From assembly GCA_038245905.1 (NCBI GenBank), contig JBBRRY010000002.1, forward strand, positions 181,606 to 245,605: a DNA stretch of 64,000 bases, written 5' to 3'. This document shows, in pieces, positions 22,645-32,399 of the stretch. The notes beneath the pieces were generated by a model, which searched no databases, was not told where the DNA came from, and was given only the letters and a program-made list of their open reading frames with translations. The stretch comes from Thermoanaerobaculia bacterium (GTDB taxonomy: Bacteria; Acidobacteriota; Thermoanaerobaculia; UBA5066). Position 1 is the stretch's first letter; each line of letters opens with the position of its first letter. A program made the position numbers and the translations under genes.

Positions 22645-23892
22645 TCACAGAGCGGTGGACGCGGGGAACAAGTTCTTGAGGGAGCCTTTGAGTTTGTCGA
22701 AGAAACCCGATCCGGTGCCACGCAAGCGCCTCTTCGAGGCGGCGGCGCTGCCGCGCCCGTAGAGCAGGAGGCCCGCGGCGCAGGCCCACTCCGGCGAGGC
22801 GACGACGTCCGTGAGCCCGCCGAGACCGCGGGGCACGCCCCGGCGCACGGCGACGCCAAGGACCTGTTCCGCCACGTCGAGGATGCCGTCCAGCTCGGCG
22901 CCGCCCCCCGTGAGGACGAGGCCGGCCCTCAGCTCCGAGGCCGGCACTTCCCGAACCGACTCTTCCCAAAGCAGCGTGAGGAGCTCCTCGGCGCGCGGCT
23001 GGAGGATCTCGGCGATCTCGCGCCGCTTGACCGGGTGGACGCCGCGGCCGCCCGTCAGAGGCACGTCGATCGACTCGCTCTCGTTGACGAGGGCGGCCAT
23101 GGCCGCACCGTATTTGCGCTTCAGGCGCTCGGCGTCGGGCACCGGCGTCTTGAGGACGACCGCGAGGTCGTTCGTGAAGTGGTCTCCCCCAACGGGCAGG
23201 ACCGACGTGTGCGCGAGCGCGCCATGTCGCCAGACGGCGATCTCGGTCGTGCCGCCTCCGATGTCCGCGAGGACGACGCCCAGCTCCTTTTCGTCGGGCG
23301 TCAGGACGGCCTCCCCGGCCGCGAGCGGCTCCAGGACCATCTCGAGCACCTCGATGCCCGCCCGATTGACGCAGTTCAACAGATTCTGCGTCGTGGCGAC
23401 CGGCACCGTGACCACGTGGACGTCGGCCTCGAGCCGGCTCCCGACCATCCCGAGCGGATCGGCGACGCCGTCCTGCCCGTCCACGACGAATTCCCGAGGG
23501 AGCACGTGGAGGATCTCGAATTCCGAGGGGATCGGGACCGAGCGCGCCGCGTCGAGCGAACGCTGGATGTCCTCGCGTGTGATCTCGCGGTTCTTCGCCG
23601 CCACTGCGACGACCTGGCGGCTGTTGAACGACTTCACGGCGGGACCGGCGACGCCCACGACGGCACGCTCGATCTGGGCCCCCGCCATGATTTCGGCTTC
23701 CTCGGTCGCGCGTTTGATCGCGTCGACGGTGGCGGGTACGTCGATGATGGCGCCCTTGCGCGCCCCTTTGTGAGAGGCCGTTCCCTTTCCGATGATGTCC
23801 ACGCGGCCCGTCGCGTCCTGTTCCGCGATGAGCGCGCACACTTTCGTCGATCCGATGTCCAGACTCACAAGGTACGAAGCGGGCTTGGGCAT
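22645..23892 (-). CDS. ftsA: cell division protein FtsA
   Basis: [31 protein letters not shown]; position upstream of ftsZ. Confidence 0.96.
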   Translation of the reverse strand: MPKPASYLVSLDIGSTKVCALIAEQDATGRVDIIGKGTASHKGARKGAIIDVPATVDAIKRATEEAEIMAGAQIERAVVGVAGPAVKSFNSRQVVAVAAKNREITREDIQRSLDAARSVPIPSEFEILHVLPREFVVDGQDGVADPLGMVGSRLEADVHVVTVPVATTQNLLNCVNRAGIEVLEMVLEPLAAGEAVLTPDEKELGVVLADIGGGTTEIAVWRHGALAHTSVLPVGGDHFTNDLAVVLKTPVPDAERLKRKYGAAMAALVNESESIDVPLTGGRGVHPVKRREIAEILQPRAEELLTLLWEESVREVPASELRAGLVLTGGGAELDGILDVAEQVLGVAVRRGVPRGLGGLTDVVASPEWACAAGLLLYGRGSAAASKRRLRGTGSGFFDKLKGSLKNLFPASTAL

Positions 23893-23903
23893 TCGGCGTC
23901 CTC

Positions 23904-24713
23904 TCAGGTCTTCCCGCGCCCGGAATCAGCGGGCGCTTTGAGCACGATGCGGCCCGCGAAGCGCAGGTCCGCCTCGGTCGCGGACAGGGCGTGGCGGTCG
24001 AGTTCGGGGCGAAGGGCGAGGAACGCGCGCCACAGCGGCGCGGCCTTCCCCTGTTCGGCGGCGTCGGGACCAAAGAGAAGGCGCGCCCGGGCGACGCGGT
24101 CCGTCACGGCGAACCCCTCGGGGACGAGGGCCACGTCCGAGACGCGCGCGAGAAGCGCGGGGTCTTCCGCGCGGATGGACTCGAGGAACGCGGCGCCCCG
24201 CGTGAGCGCCGCGGCGTCGGACGCGCCGGAGAGGATGACGAAATCGTCGCTCTTCGACAGGGCCCGCCCGGAATAAGGTCCGGTAAAGCCGCCGCCGCGG
24301 TCGATCGTCCACAGCTCCCCGTCCTTGTCGGCGCGCGCGACGAGCGCGACGGGTGGCCGCGCGACGACGCGCACGGCGATCGTGTCCGGCACGATGCGGC
24401 GCGCCGACGCGGCCGCGACCCACGACCTTTTCGAGAGCTCGGCCACCGGCTGCTGGAGATCGAGAAAAAGAAGCGGACGCCCGATCCAGGCATCCGTCAG
24501 CTCCTCGGTCTCGGCCCGGCGCGCCTCCGGCACGCCGTCCAGGACGACCCGGTTCACGGCGAAGCGCGGATGCACGCGAAGAACGACGATGCCCGAGAGC
24601 GCGGCCGTCGCCGCCAAGAGGACCAGGAGGGCGGGCAGGATCAGCCGGTGGCCCGGGCGCCGCCGGCTGGGGCGGACGGTGCGGGACGCGGGGGGGCGGT
24701 AAAAAGAACTCAT
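23904..24713 (-). CDS. ftsQ: cell division protein FtsQ/DivIB
   Basis: single N-terminal TM, POTRA-like WVAAASARRIVPDTIAV, C-terminal DLRF; position between murC and ftsA. Confidence 0.85.
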   Translation of the reverse strand: MSSFYRPPASRTVRPSRRRPGHRLILPALLVLLAATAALSGIVVLRVHPRFAVNRVVLDGVPEARRAETEELTDAWIGRPLLFLDLQQPVAELSKRSWVAAASARRIVPDTIAVRVVARPPVALVARADKDGELWTIDRGGGFTGPYSGRALSKSDDFVILSGASDAAALTRGAAFLESIRAEDPALLARVSDVALVPEGFAVTDRVARARLLFGPDAAEQGKAAPLWRAFLALRPELDRHALSATEADLRFAGRIVLKAPADSGRGKT

Positions 24714-26122
24714 TTGGATTTTGCTTCGGATTCGGAGGAAGACGATTTCTTAGAAGGGGGAGAGAGAAGAAAATCTTCTCCGAAATGATTGACGTCGCCC
24801 GCGCCCATCGTGAGAAGGAGGTCGCCCTCTCTCATCTCGTCTTCCAGCGCCGGTGCGATTTCCGCGCGATCCGCCAGGAAACGCGCGGCGCGATGTCCGC
24901 GCGCCGTCGCGGCGTCCGCGACCAGGGCGCCCGTCACGCCCTCCCGCGGAGCCTCCCTCGAGCCATACACCGGCGTCACGAGAAGTACGTCCGCGTTCAG
25001 GAACGCCGCCCCGAACGCCGCCGCGAAGTCCTTCGTGCGGGAATAGAGATGCGGCTGGAAGAGCGCGACGACGCGGCGGTCCGGGTACGACTGGCGCGCG
25101 GCCGCGAGCGTCGCCGCGACTTCGGTCGGGTGGTGGGCGTAGTCGTCGATGACGACGACGCCGGCGCGCTCCCCCTTCTTCTCGAAGCGCCGGATGACGC
25201 CCTTGAATTCCTCGAGGGCGCGCGCCGCGATCCCGAACGGGATCGAGAGCTCGCGCGCGATCGCGAGCGCTCCCAGCGCATTCTTCACGTTGTGGAGGCC
25301 CGGCACCTTGAGTGCGACGGGTCCCATGAACTCGCGGCCGGCGGTCGCGATGAACCGCGATCCGGAGCGCTCGAGCACGAGATCGCGCACCGTGACGTCG
25401 GCCTGGGGCGTGATTCCGAACGTGACGACGCGGCGCGGCACGAGCGGCCGGATCTCCTGCACGTTCGGGTCGTCCAGGCCGAGGATCGCGGCGCCGAAGA
25501 ACGGCACGCTCCGCGCGAAGCGCGCGAACGTCTCCTGGATGTCCGCGAGGTCGCGGTACGTGTCCAGGTGCTCGAGGTCGATGTTGTTGACGAGCGCCAG
25601 CATGGGCGAGAGCGCCAGGAACGAGCGGTCGAACTCGTCGGCCTCGGCCACGAGATACTCCCCGTGCCCGAGCCGCGCCGTCCCCACCTCGCGCATCCGG
25701 CCGCCCACGATGATCGTGGGATCGAGGCCCGCCGCCATGAGGATCGCGCCCGTCATGGACGTCGTCGTGGTCTTGCCGTGCGTTCCGGCGATCGCGATGC
25801 CGCGTTTGACGCGCATGACCTCGGCGAGCATTTCCGCCCGCTTGATCACCGGGATCCCGGCGGAACGCGCGGCCGCCACCTCCGGGTTGCTCTCGTGGAC
25901 GGCGCTCGAATAGACCACGACGTCCGCACCGGCGACGTTTTCGGCTCGATGGCCCTGGTGGACCTTGATGCCGAGTCCGATGAGGCGCTCGGACGTCTCG
26001 CCGAGCACGAGGTCCGAGCCCGTGACCTCGAGCCCGACGCTCTTGAGGAGCTCGGCGAGGCCGCACATGCCGATCCCGCCGATGCCGACGAAGTGGAGCC
26101 GTTTCACTCGGAGGAAATTCAA
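24710..26122 (-). CDS. murC: UDP-N-acetylmuramate--L-alanine ligase
   Basis: HFVGIGGIGMCGLA, GTHGKTTT, EADEFDRSF, DDYAHHPTE, FQPH, MGAGD; TTG start overlapping the murG stop. Confidence 0.96.
   Translation of the reverse strand: MNFLRVKRLHFVGIGGIGMCGLAELLKSVGLEVTGSDLVLGETSERLIGLGIKVHQGHRAENVAGADVVVYSSAVHESNPEVAAARSAGIPVIKRAEMLAEVMRVKRGIAIAGTHGKTTTTSMTGAILMAAGLDPTIIVGGRMREVGTARLGHGEYLVAEADEFDRSFLALSPMLALVNNIDLEHLDTYRDLADIQETFARFARSVPFFGAAILGLDDPNVQEIRPLVPRRVVTFGITPQADVTVRDLVLERSGSRFIATAGREFMGPVALKVPGLHNVKNALGALAIARELSIPFGIAARALEEFKGVIRRFEKKGERAGVVVIDDYAHHPTEVAATLAAARQSYPDRRVVALFQPHLYSRTKDFAAAFGAAFLNADVLLVTPVYGSREAPREGVTGALVADAATARGHRAARFLADRAEIAPALEDEMREGDLLLTMGAGDVNHFGEDFLLSPPSKKSSSSESEAKSK
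24738..24780. repeat. AT-rich repeat copy plus small palindrome inside the murC 3' end
   Basis: GAAGACGATTTCTTAGAAGGGGGA resembles the murE copy GAAGACTTTCTTTGAAGGTGAA; followed by hairpin GAGAAGA-AAA-TCTTCTC. Confidence 0.5.
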
Positions 26123-27234
26123 GCGGCCTCCACTTCGAAGAGAAGATCGCAAAGGCGGGAAGCCGCATCCGGCGCGGCCGCGGCCGAGCGGCGCGCGGCT
26201 TCGCCCATCGTGAGAAGCCGCAGCGGATCCCGGAGGAGACTCGACAGGGCGGACGCCAGAGATTCCTCCGTCGCCTCCGCCTCCGTGACGACGACGGCGG
26301 CGCCCTCGGACTCCAGGGCTCGCCCGTTCGCCTCCTGGTGCCCGTGCGCCGCGGCCGCAAACGGCACGAGGAGGGCGGGGCGTCCCGCTGCCGCGACCTC
26401 GGCGACCGTCATCGCGCCCGCGCGCGAAACGACGAGGTCGGCGGACGCGTACGCCGCCGCCATGTCGTCGAGGAACTCGTGGACGAACGTGCGGTCGTGA
26501 GCGATGCCCCGCTTCGCGTAGGCCGCCACGACCTCACCGGCGCGGCCCTTCCCCGCCTGGTGGACGACGTCGAACGCGATTCCACCCGCGGCGACACGCA
26601 GAAGCGCGCCCGGCATGAGCCGATTCAGGATCTCGGCTCCCTGGCTGCCGCCGACGACGAGGATCCGGAGCCGCCGTTCCTTCGACCTCGAGACGAGAGA
26701 GGGAATCTCGAAAAACGCAGGACGGACGGGATTGCCCGTGAAGATCGCCCCCGGCAGTGCCGCCGCGCCCCGAGCAGTTCCGACCGCGACGCGGCGCGCG
26801 AGACGCGCCAGGATCCGGTTCGTGAGACCCGGGATGGCGTTCTGCTCGTGGATGAGCGTCGGAATTCTCCAGGCCCACGCCGTGGCCACGAGCGGACCGG
26901 AGGCGTAGCCACCCACGCCGACGACCGCGCGCGGCGCGTGCCTCGCGAGGAGGCGCAGGGAGTCGAGGAACGCGAAAGGGAGCGTGAAGAGACCGTCGAG
27001 ACGCGCGCGCCAGCCCTTGCCGACGAGCCCTTTCGCGCGCACGAGCTCGAGAGGGAAGCCGGCCTTCGGGACGAGCGTCGTCTCGAGCCCGCGCGCCGTT
27101 CCGACGAACACGATCGACGCGCCGGGCCGGCGCCGCCGGATCTCGCCCGCGAGCGCGAGGGCCGGGAAGACGTGCCCGCCCGTTCCCCCGCCCGCGATCA
27201 GAAATCCCCTTTCGTTCAGAGTGTGCTCCGTCAT
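26119..27234 (-). CDS. murG: lipid II N-acetylglucosaminyltransferase MurG
   Basis: GGGTGGHVFP, GGYAS, HEQN, GNPVR, GGSQGA, SRAGAMT, HQEAN. Confidence 0.96.
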   Translation of the reverse strand: MTEHTLNERGFLIAGGGTGGHVFPALALAGEIRRRRPGASIVFVGTARGLETTLVPKAGFPLELVRAKGLVGKGWRARLDGLFTLPFAFLDSLRLLARHAPRAVVGVGGYASGPLVATAWAWRIPTLIHEQNAIPGLTNRILARLARRVAVGTARGAAALPGAIFTGNPVRPAFFEIPSLVSRSKERRLRILVVGGSQGAEILNRLMPGALLRVAAGGIAFDVVHQAGKGRAGEVVAAYAKRGIAHDRTFVHEFLDDMAAAYASADLVVSRAGAMTVAEVAAAGRPALLVPFAAAAHGHQEANGRALESEGAAVVVTEAEATEESLASALSSLLRDPLRLLTMGEAARRSAAAAPDAASRLCDLLFEVEAA

Positions 27235-28337
27235 GACGCGTGCTGCGAGAGGTTGAGGAGAATCCCGACCGCGAGGAGATCGGCCCAGAGCGCCGATCCG
27301 CCGTACGAGAGAAACGGAAGCGGGATTCCCTTGGTGGGAAGCAGCGCGAGCACGACGGAGATGTTGACGAGCGCCTGCACGACGATCATCACCGAGAAGC
27401 CGATGCCGAGGAGCCGGCCGAAGGAGTCCGGCGCGTTCGCGGCGGCACGCACGCCGCGCGCGAAGAGGAACCCGAAGAGCGCGAGCACCGCGACGCAGCC
27501 GAGAAGCCCCAGCTCCTCGCCCACGATCGCGTAGATGAAGTCCGTGTACGGGTACGGAAGGAAGAACAGCTTCTGCTTCCCGTGCCCGAGGCCGAGGCCC
27601 GTGGCACCCCCCGTTCCCACGGCAATGAGCGACTGGATCGCGTGAAAACCCTTGCCGAGCGGGTCCGCCTCCGGGTGCAGGAAGGCGTGAAGACGGTCCC
27701 GCCGGTACTGCGCCATCCCCACGTAGGCCGAGAGCGTGGGCACGAGGAGGAGCGCCGACACGAGGAAGTACTTGAGGGGCAGGCCGGCGAAATAGAGCAT
27801 CGCGGCGGCGATCACGAAGTACGTCAGCGCGGTCCCGAAATCGGGCTCGAGGAGGACGAGGCCCGCGAAGAGGACGACGAGCCCCGCGATCGGCAGAAGG
27901 GTCCGCGTCGGGTGGGTGACCTCTCCCTCCCGCCGCGAGAGGAGCGCCGCGAGCGCGATGACGAGCCCGATCTTCGCGAACTCGGACGGCTGCACGGACT
28001 TGATGACGCCGAGGGACAGCCAGCGCCGTGCGCCGTTCACGGGAGCCCGGAGCAGGACGGCGACGAGCGCCCCGATTAGGAGAACGAGCCCGGCCGTGAC
28101 GAGGCGAGGGTCGTTCAGGCGGCGGTAGTCGATCGACATCGCCAGGAACGCGAGCACGCCGCCGACGACGACGGCGACCGTCTGCTTGATCACGAAAAAG
28201 TACGCGCCCGCAGGAGCCGCCGACGTCGGCAGGTAGATCTGCATCGCGGACGCGCTGTAAATCATGAGGAGCCCCGTCAGGACGAGCAGCACGACGGAGG
28301 CGAACAGGAGGCGGTCGAACGCCAGCTTCCTCGCCAT
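27231..28337 (-). CDS. ftsW: peptidoglycan glycosyltransferase FtsW
   Basis: NGARRW, QPSEFAK, EPDFGT, TDFIYAIVGEELG, PTKGIPLPFLSYGGS. Confidence 0.95.
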   Translation of the reverse strand: MARKLAFDRLLFASVVLLVLTGLLMIYSASAMQIYLPTSAAPAGAYFFVIKQTVAVVVGGVLAFLAMSIDYRRLNDPRLVTAGLVLLIGALVAVLLRAPVNGARRWLSLGVIKSVQPSEFAKIGLVIALAALLSRREGEVTHPTRTLLPIAGLVVLFAGLVLLEPDFGTALTYFVIAAAMLYFAGLPLKYFLVSALLLVPTLSAYVGMAQYRRDRLHAFLHPEADPLGKGFHAIQSLIAVGTGGATGLGLGHGKQKLFFLPYPYTDFIYAIVGEELGLLGCVAVLALFGFLFARGVRAAANAPDSFGRLLGIGFSVMIVVQALVNISVVLALLPTKGIPLPFLSYGGSALWADLLAVGILLNLSQHAS

Positions 28338-29749
28338 CAGCGCGTCCCCGCCGGCGCAGGCTCTTGCAGCGCCTTCACGAGCGCCTCGAAGACCTCGCCC
28401 CGATGCTCGAAGTCGCGGAACTGGTCGAACGACGCGCACGCCGGCGACAGGAGAACGGCGTCTCCCGGCGTGGCGTGGCGGGCGGCGTCCTCGAGAGCCT
28501 TCTCGAGCGTGCCCGCGACCTCGAGTGCGACGCCCGGCAGACCTCCGAGCGCCTTGGCGATGCCGGGCGCCGCCTTCCCGATCGCGAGAATGCGCCTCGC
28601 TTTCCGGGACGCCAGGGGCGCGAGCCGCGCGAAGTCGTCCCCCTTGTCCTTCCCGCCGAGGATGAGGTGGACCTTCCCGTCCGGGAACCCCTCGAGGCTC
28701 TTCAACGTGGCGTCCACGTTCGTCCCCTTCGAGTCGTTCCAGTAGCCGACGCCGTTCACCGTGCGCACGAGCGCCGTCCGGTGCGGGAGCCCGCGGAACG
28801 ATCGCAGCGTCTCGACGGCCGTCTCGGGTGTGACGCCGAGCGGAAGGGTCGCGGCGAGCGCGGCAAGCGCGTTCTCGACGTTGTGCGCGCCCGGAAGCGC
28901 GAGGTCCGACCGTTTCGCCACGACGCGCGGGCCCTTGCCCGTCACGTCGGCGACGAAGAGGTCGTCCGCGAGCCACGCGCCCATTCCCCCGGACGACGGA
29001 GCCCCGCGCCGCGAGAAAGCGAGGCGTCGCGCCCGCGGGCGAATCCGCGCGACGAGGGGGTCGTCCGCATTCAGGACTGCGACCTGCGCGTCGCGCTGGT
29101 TCTCGAAGATCCGCGCCTTGGCGGCACCGTAGTCGTCCATCGAGCGGTACCGGTCGAGATGATCGGGCGTCAAATTGAGATGGACGGCCACGTCGGGCGC
29201 GAAACGCCGGATCCCTTCGAGCTGGAAGGAGGACAGCTCGACGACCCACGTGCGCGGCGCCGTGCCGTTTCCGTTCGCGCCTTCTTTCGTCGCGAAGTGG
29301 ATCCAGGGCGTCCCGAAGTTTCCGCAGGCGACGGCCGCGTGGCCGGCACCCCGGAGGAGCGCCGCCGCGAGGGCCGTCGTCGTCGATTTTCCGTTCGTGC
29401 CGGTCACGCCGACAGCGACTCCCGGCAGGAGGCGCGACGCGAGCTCGATCTCCGCGACGACGGGAATCGCGCGCGCCCGCGCCGCGTCGAAAACGGGAAG
29501 CGTCAGCGGGATGCCGGGCGACACGACGACGAGGTCGACGCCGTCGAGGAGCGCATCGGGATGCCCGCCGAGGACGTACCGCACGCCCGGACGCTCGGCG
29601 AGCCCCGTGAGGTCCGGCTTCGCGTCCGTGCCGACGACTTCCACGCCGCGCTCCTGGAGCGCCGCCACGGCGGCGCGGCCCGAGCGCGCGAGCCCGAAGA
29701 CCGCCGCGGAGCGGATCTCGGGAAGGTCGGGGCCCAGGGACAGCGTCAT
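28337..29749 (-). CDS. murD: UDP-N-acetylmuramoyl-L-alanine--D-glutamate ligase
   Basis: GLARSG, SPGIP, GTNGKSTT, ELSSFQL, NDSKGTN, LSPACASFDQF. Confidence 0.96.
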   Translation of the reverse strand: MTLSLGPDLPEIRSAAVFGLARSGRAAVAALQERGVEVVGTDAKPDLTGLAERPGVRYVLGGHPDALLDGVDLVVVSPGIPLTLPVFDAARARAIPVVAEIELASRLLPGVAVGVTGTNGKSTTTALAAALLRGAGHAAVACGNFGTPWIHFATKEGANGNGTAPRTWVVELSSFQLEGIRRFAPDVAVHLNLTPDHLDRYRSMDDYGAAKARIFENQRDAQVAVLNADDPLVARIRPRARRLAFSRRGAPSSGGMGAWLADDLFVADVTGKGPRVVAKRSDLALPGAHNVENALAALAATLPLGVTPETAVETLRSFRGLPHRTALVRTVNGVGYWNDSKGTNVDATLKSLEGFPDGKVHLILGGKDKGDDFARLAPLASRKARRILAIGKAAPGIAKALGGLPGVALEVAGTLEKALEDAARHATPGDAVLLSPACASFDQFRDFEHRGEVFEALVKALQEPAPAGTR

Positions 29750-30831
29750 CGGAGCTTCAACGTCGAAAGCGCAAAGAGCGCGAAAAGGATCGCGACGATC
29801 CAGAAACGGATGATGACCTTCGATTCCGGCCAACCGGCGAGCTCGAAGTGGTGATGGAGGGGCGCCATCCGGAAGATGCGCTTGCCGCGCAGCTTGAAGG
29901 AGCCCACCTGCAGGATCACGGAGACGGCCTCGACGACGAAGAGGCCGCCCACGAGGACGAGCAGGATCTCCTGCTTGATGAGGACGGCGACGGTCCCGAG
30001 CGCCGCGCCGAGGGCGAGCGAACCCGTATCCCCCATGAAGACTTCGGCCGGATGGCTGTTGAACCAGAGAAAGCCGAGCGACGCGCCCACGATGGCGGCG
30101 CAAAACACGGCGAGCTCCCCCGTTCCCGGAACGTAGGGCACGAGGAGGTAATTTGCGGTTTTCGCGTTGCCGGCGATGTACGCGAGGATCGCGAACGTTC
30201 CCGAGGCGACCAGCGTGGCTCCGATCGCGAGACCGTCGAGGCCGTCCGTGAGGTTGACGGCGTTCGACGAGCCGACGACGACGATCGCGGCGAAGAGGAT
30301 GTAGAAGATCCCGAGCTCCGGATGGACGTTCTTGAGGAACGGCAGCGTGATGCGCGTCGCGTCCGCGCGCCCCTCGAACAGCTTCACCGACGCCCAGGCG
30401 ACGCCGAGCCCGATTGCGGTCTGCAGGACGAGCTTCTGGCGCCCCGAGAGGCCGCGGTTGTTCTGGCGCGACACTTTTCGCCAGTCGTCCCCGATGCCGA
30501 TGAGCATCGCGAGAACGGTCGCCGCGAGGGCGACCCACACGTAGCGGTTGGAGAGATCGGCGAACACGAGGGTCGGGACGAGGATCGCGAGGTTGATGAG
30601 GACGCCGCCCATCGTGGGCGTTCCGGCCTTCACGAGATGGCCTTTCGGCCCCTCCTCGCGAATCGACTGGCCGATCTGGCGGGCGCGCAGCCAGCGGATG
30701 AGCGCCGGGCCGAGAAAGATCGAAAGGAGGAGCGCCATCAACGCCGCGTTCGCCGCGCGAAACGTGATGTAACGGAACACGTTGAGGAGCGGGAATCGGC
30801 TGTGCAAAGGGTAGAGCAGCCAGAGGATCAT
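29746..30831 (-). CDS. mraY: phospho-N-acetylmuramoyl-pentapeptide transferase
   Basis: KAGTPTMGG, DD motif, SNAVNLTDGLDGL, FMGDTGS, MAPLHHHFE. Confidence 0.97.
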   Translation of the reverse strand: MILWLLYPLHSRFPLLNVFRYITFRAANAALMALLLSIFLGPALIRWLRARQIGQSIREEGPKGHLVKAGTPTMGGVLINLAILVPTLVFADLSNRYVWVALAATVLAMLIGIGDDWRKVSRQNNRGLSGRQKLVLQTAIGLGVAWASVKLFEGRADATRITLPFLKNVHPELGIFYILFAAIVVVGSSNAVNLTDGLDGLAIGATLVASGTFAILAYIAGNAKTANYLLVPYVPGTGELAVFCAAIVGASLGFLWFNSHPAEVFMGDTGSLALGAALGTVAVLIKQEILLVLVGGLFVVEAVSVILQVGSFKLRGKRIFRMAPLHHHFELAGWPESKVIIRFWIVAILFALFALSTLKLR

Positions 30832-32399
30832 CGTGCCGCTCCCCTGCGTTCCTCGAGCAGCGCTTTCGCCACGAGCCGGTCGTCAAAGGGCAGCTCGCGG
30901 TCGCCCACGACCTGACACGTCTCGTGCCCCTTCCCCGCGACGAGGACGACGTCTCCCGACCGCGCGAGAGAGAAGGCCTCGGCGAGCGCCTCGCGGCGGT
31001 CCACGAAGTAGCGCGCGGACTTCCCCGCCGCCTCCACGCCGGCGCGCACGTCCCGAAGGATCGCCTCGGGATCCTCGGAGCGCGGGTTGTCGGAGGTGAC
31101 GACGACCTCGTCGGCGAGGAGAGCCGCGATGCGGCCCATCTCGGGGCGCTTGCCCTTGTCGCGGTCGCCACCGCATCCGAAAACGGCGATCACGCGGCCG
31201 CCGCGCGCCGCGGCGAGGGTGCGCACCGTCTGGAGCGCGCCCTCGAGAGCGGCCGGCTTGTGCGCGTAGTCGACGAGGACCGTCAGGCCGAGCGCGTTCG
31301 GCACGGCTTCGAGGCGGCCCGGGACGCTCGCGACGGCGCCCAGCCCTGCCGAGATCTCTCGAGGCGAAAGCCCGAGAGCAAGGCCGGCAGCCGCCGCGGC
31401 GAGCAGGTTCTCGGCGTTCGGGCGGCCGAGAAGAGGGGAATTTATGCTGAAGAGAAGACTTTCTTTGAAGGTGAATGTGCCAGCCACTTTGACCTCGAGG
31501 CGCGTCCCCGCGATCCCCAGCGTCGCGCGCCCGACGACGAGCGACGAGAGGCCCTTCCCCTCTTCCCCTTCAAAGAAATATTCCTGTTTTTTCTTCTCTG
31601 TCTTCTCTTCACCTTCCAAGCAAAAACCAACGACCCGATTTGCTTCGAGTCTGCTCGCGAGCTTCATCCCGTACGCGTCCCCAAGATTGACGACCGCTTT
31701 GCCGTTCTTCTTGAGCAAGCCGAAGAGCCGCGCCTTCGCCTCGAAGTAGTCGTCCATGTCGCGATGGAAATCGAGATGCTCGTGTGAGAGGTTCAGAAAC
31801 ACCGCGACGTCGAACGCGCAGCCCGCGAGACGCTCCAGGACGAGCGCGTGCGAAGAGCACTCGATGATCGCGGCTGTGCCGCCGTCCGCAACCAGGGCCT
31901 GAAGCATGGGCTGAAGATCCGTGGCTTCCGGGGTCGTGTGGGGGGACGCGATCGCCGCCGCGTCGCCGCCCGCGCCCCGGTAGACGATCGTGCCGAAGAA
32001 ACCGCGCTTCGGGTGACGCCCCGCGAGAAGTCCCTCGAGAAGGTACGTCGTCGTCGTCTTGCCGCTCGTGCCGGTCACACCCGCCATCACGAGCCTTTCC
32101 GACGGCCTTCCGGCGAGGAGCGCCGCCACGAGACCTGCCGAGCGCCGGGGGTTCTCGACCTCGAGATACGGCACGGAGGCGGTCGCCGGCGCGGGCGCAA
32201 GTCCGAGCGCTGCCACGGCGCCTCGCCGCACGGCATCGGCGATGAAGTGACGGCCGTCCGCCTTCAAGCCGGGAAGCGCGGCGAAGAGCGTTCCCGGAGT
32301 TGCCGCACGCGAGTCGTGCGTGACCGAGAGGACCTCGGGGTCCCCCGGAGGTCCCGCGCGATGGTGCGGAACGTCCGCCGTGAGCGCGGAGAGCCTCAT
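30828..32399 (-). CDS. murE: UDP-MurNAc-L-Ala-D-Glu--meso-diaminopimelate ligase
   Basis: GTSGKTTT, HTTPE, SSHAL, HLDFH, DYAH, FGCGGDRD, DNPR (DAP-type), GKGHE; contains AT-rich in-frame insertions. Confidence 0.95.
   Translation of the reverse strand: MRLSALTADVPHHRAGPPGDPEVLSVTHDSRAATPGTLFAALPGLKADGRHFIADAVRRGAVAALGLAPAPATASVPYLEVENPRRSAGLVAALLAGRPSERLVMAGVTGTSGKTTTTYLLEGLLAGRHPKRGFFGTIVYRGAGGDAAAIASPHTTPEATDLQPMLQALVADGGTAAIIECSSHALVLERLAGCAFDVAVFLNLSHEHLDFHRDMDDYFEAKARLFGLLKKNGKAVVNLGDAYGMKLASRLEANRVVGFCLEGEEKTEKKKQEYFFEGEEGKGLSSLVVGRATLGIAGTRLEVKVAGTFTFKESLLFSINSPLLGRPNAENLLAAAAAGLALGLSPREISAGLGAVASVPGRLEAVPNALGLTVLVDYAHKPAALEGALQTVRTLAAARGGRVIAVFGCGGDRDKGKRPEMGRIAALLADEVVVTSDNPRSEDPEAILRDVRAGVEAAGKSARYFVDRREALAEAFSLARSGDVVLVAGKGHETCQVVGDRELPFDDRLVAKALLEERRGAAR
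31449..31616. repeat. AT-rich imperfect inverted repeat embedded in frame in murE
   Basis: 31449-31475 GAAGAGAAGACTTTCTTTGAAGGTGAA; its reverse complement matches 31563-31578 (15/16) plus 31600-31610 (11/11). Confidence 0.7.
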
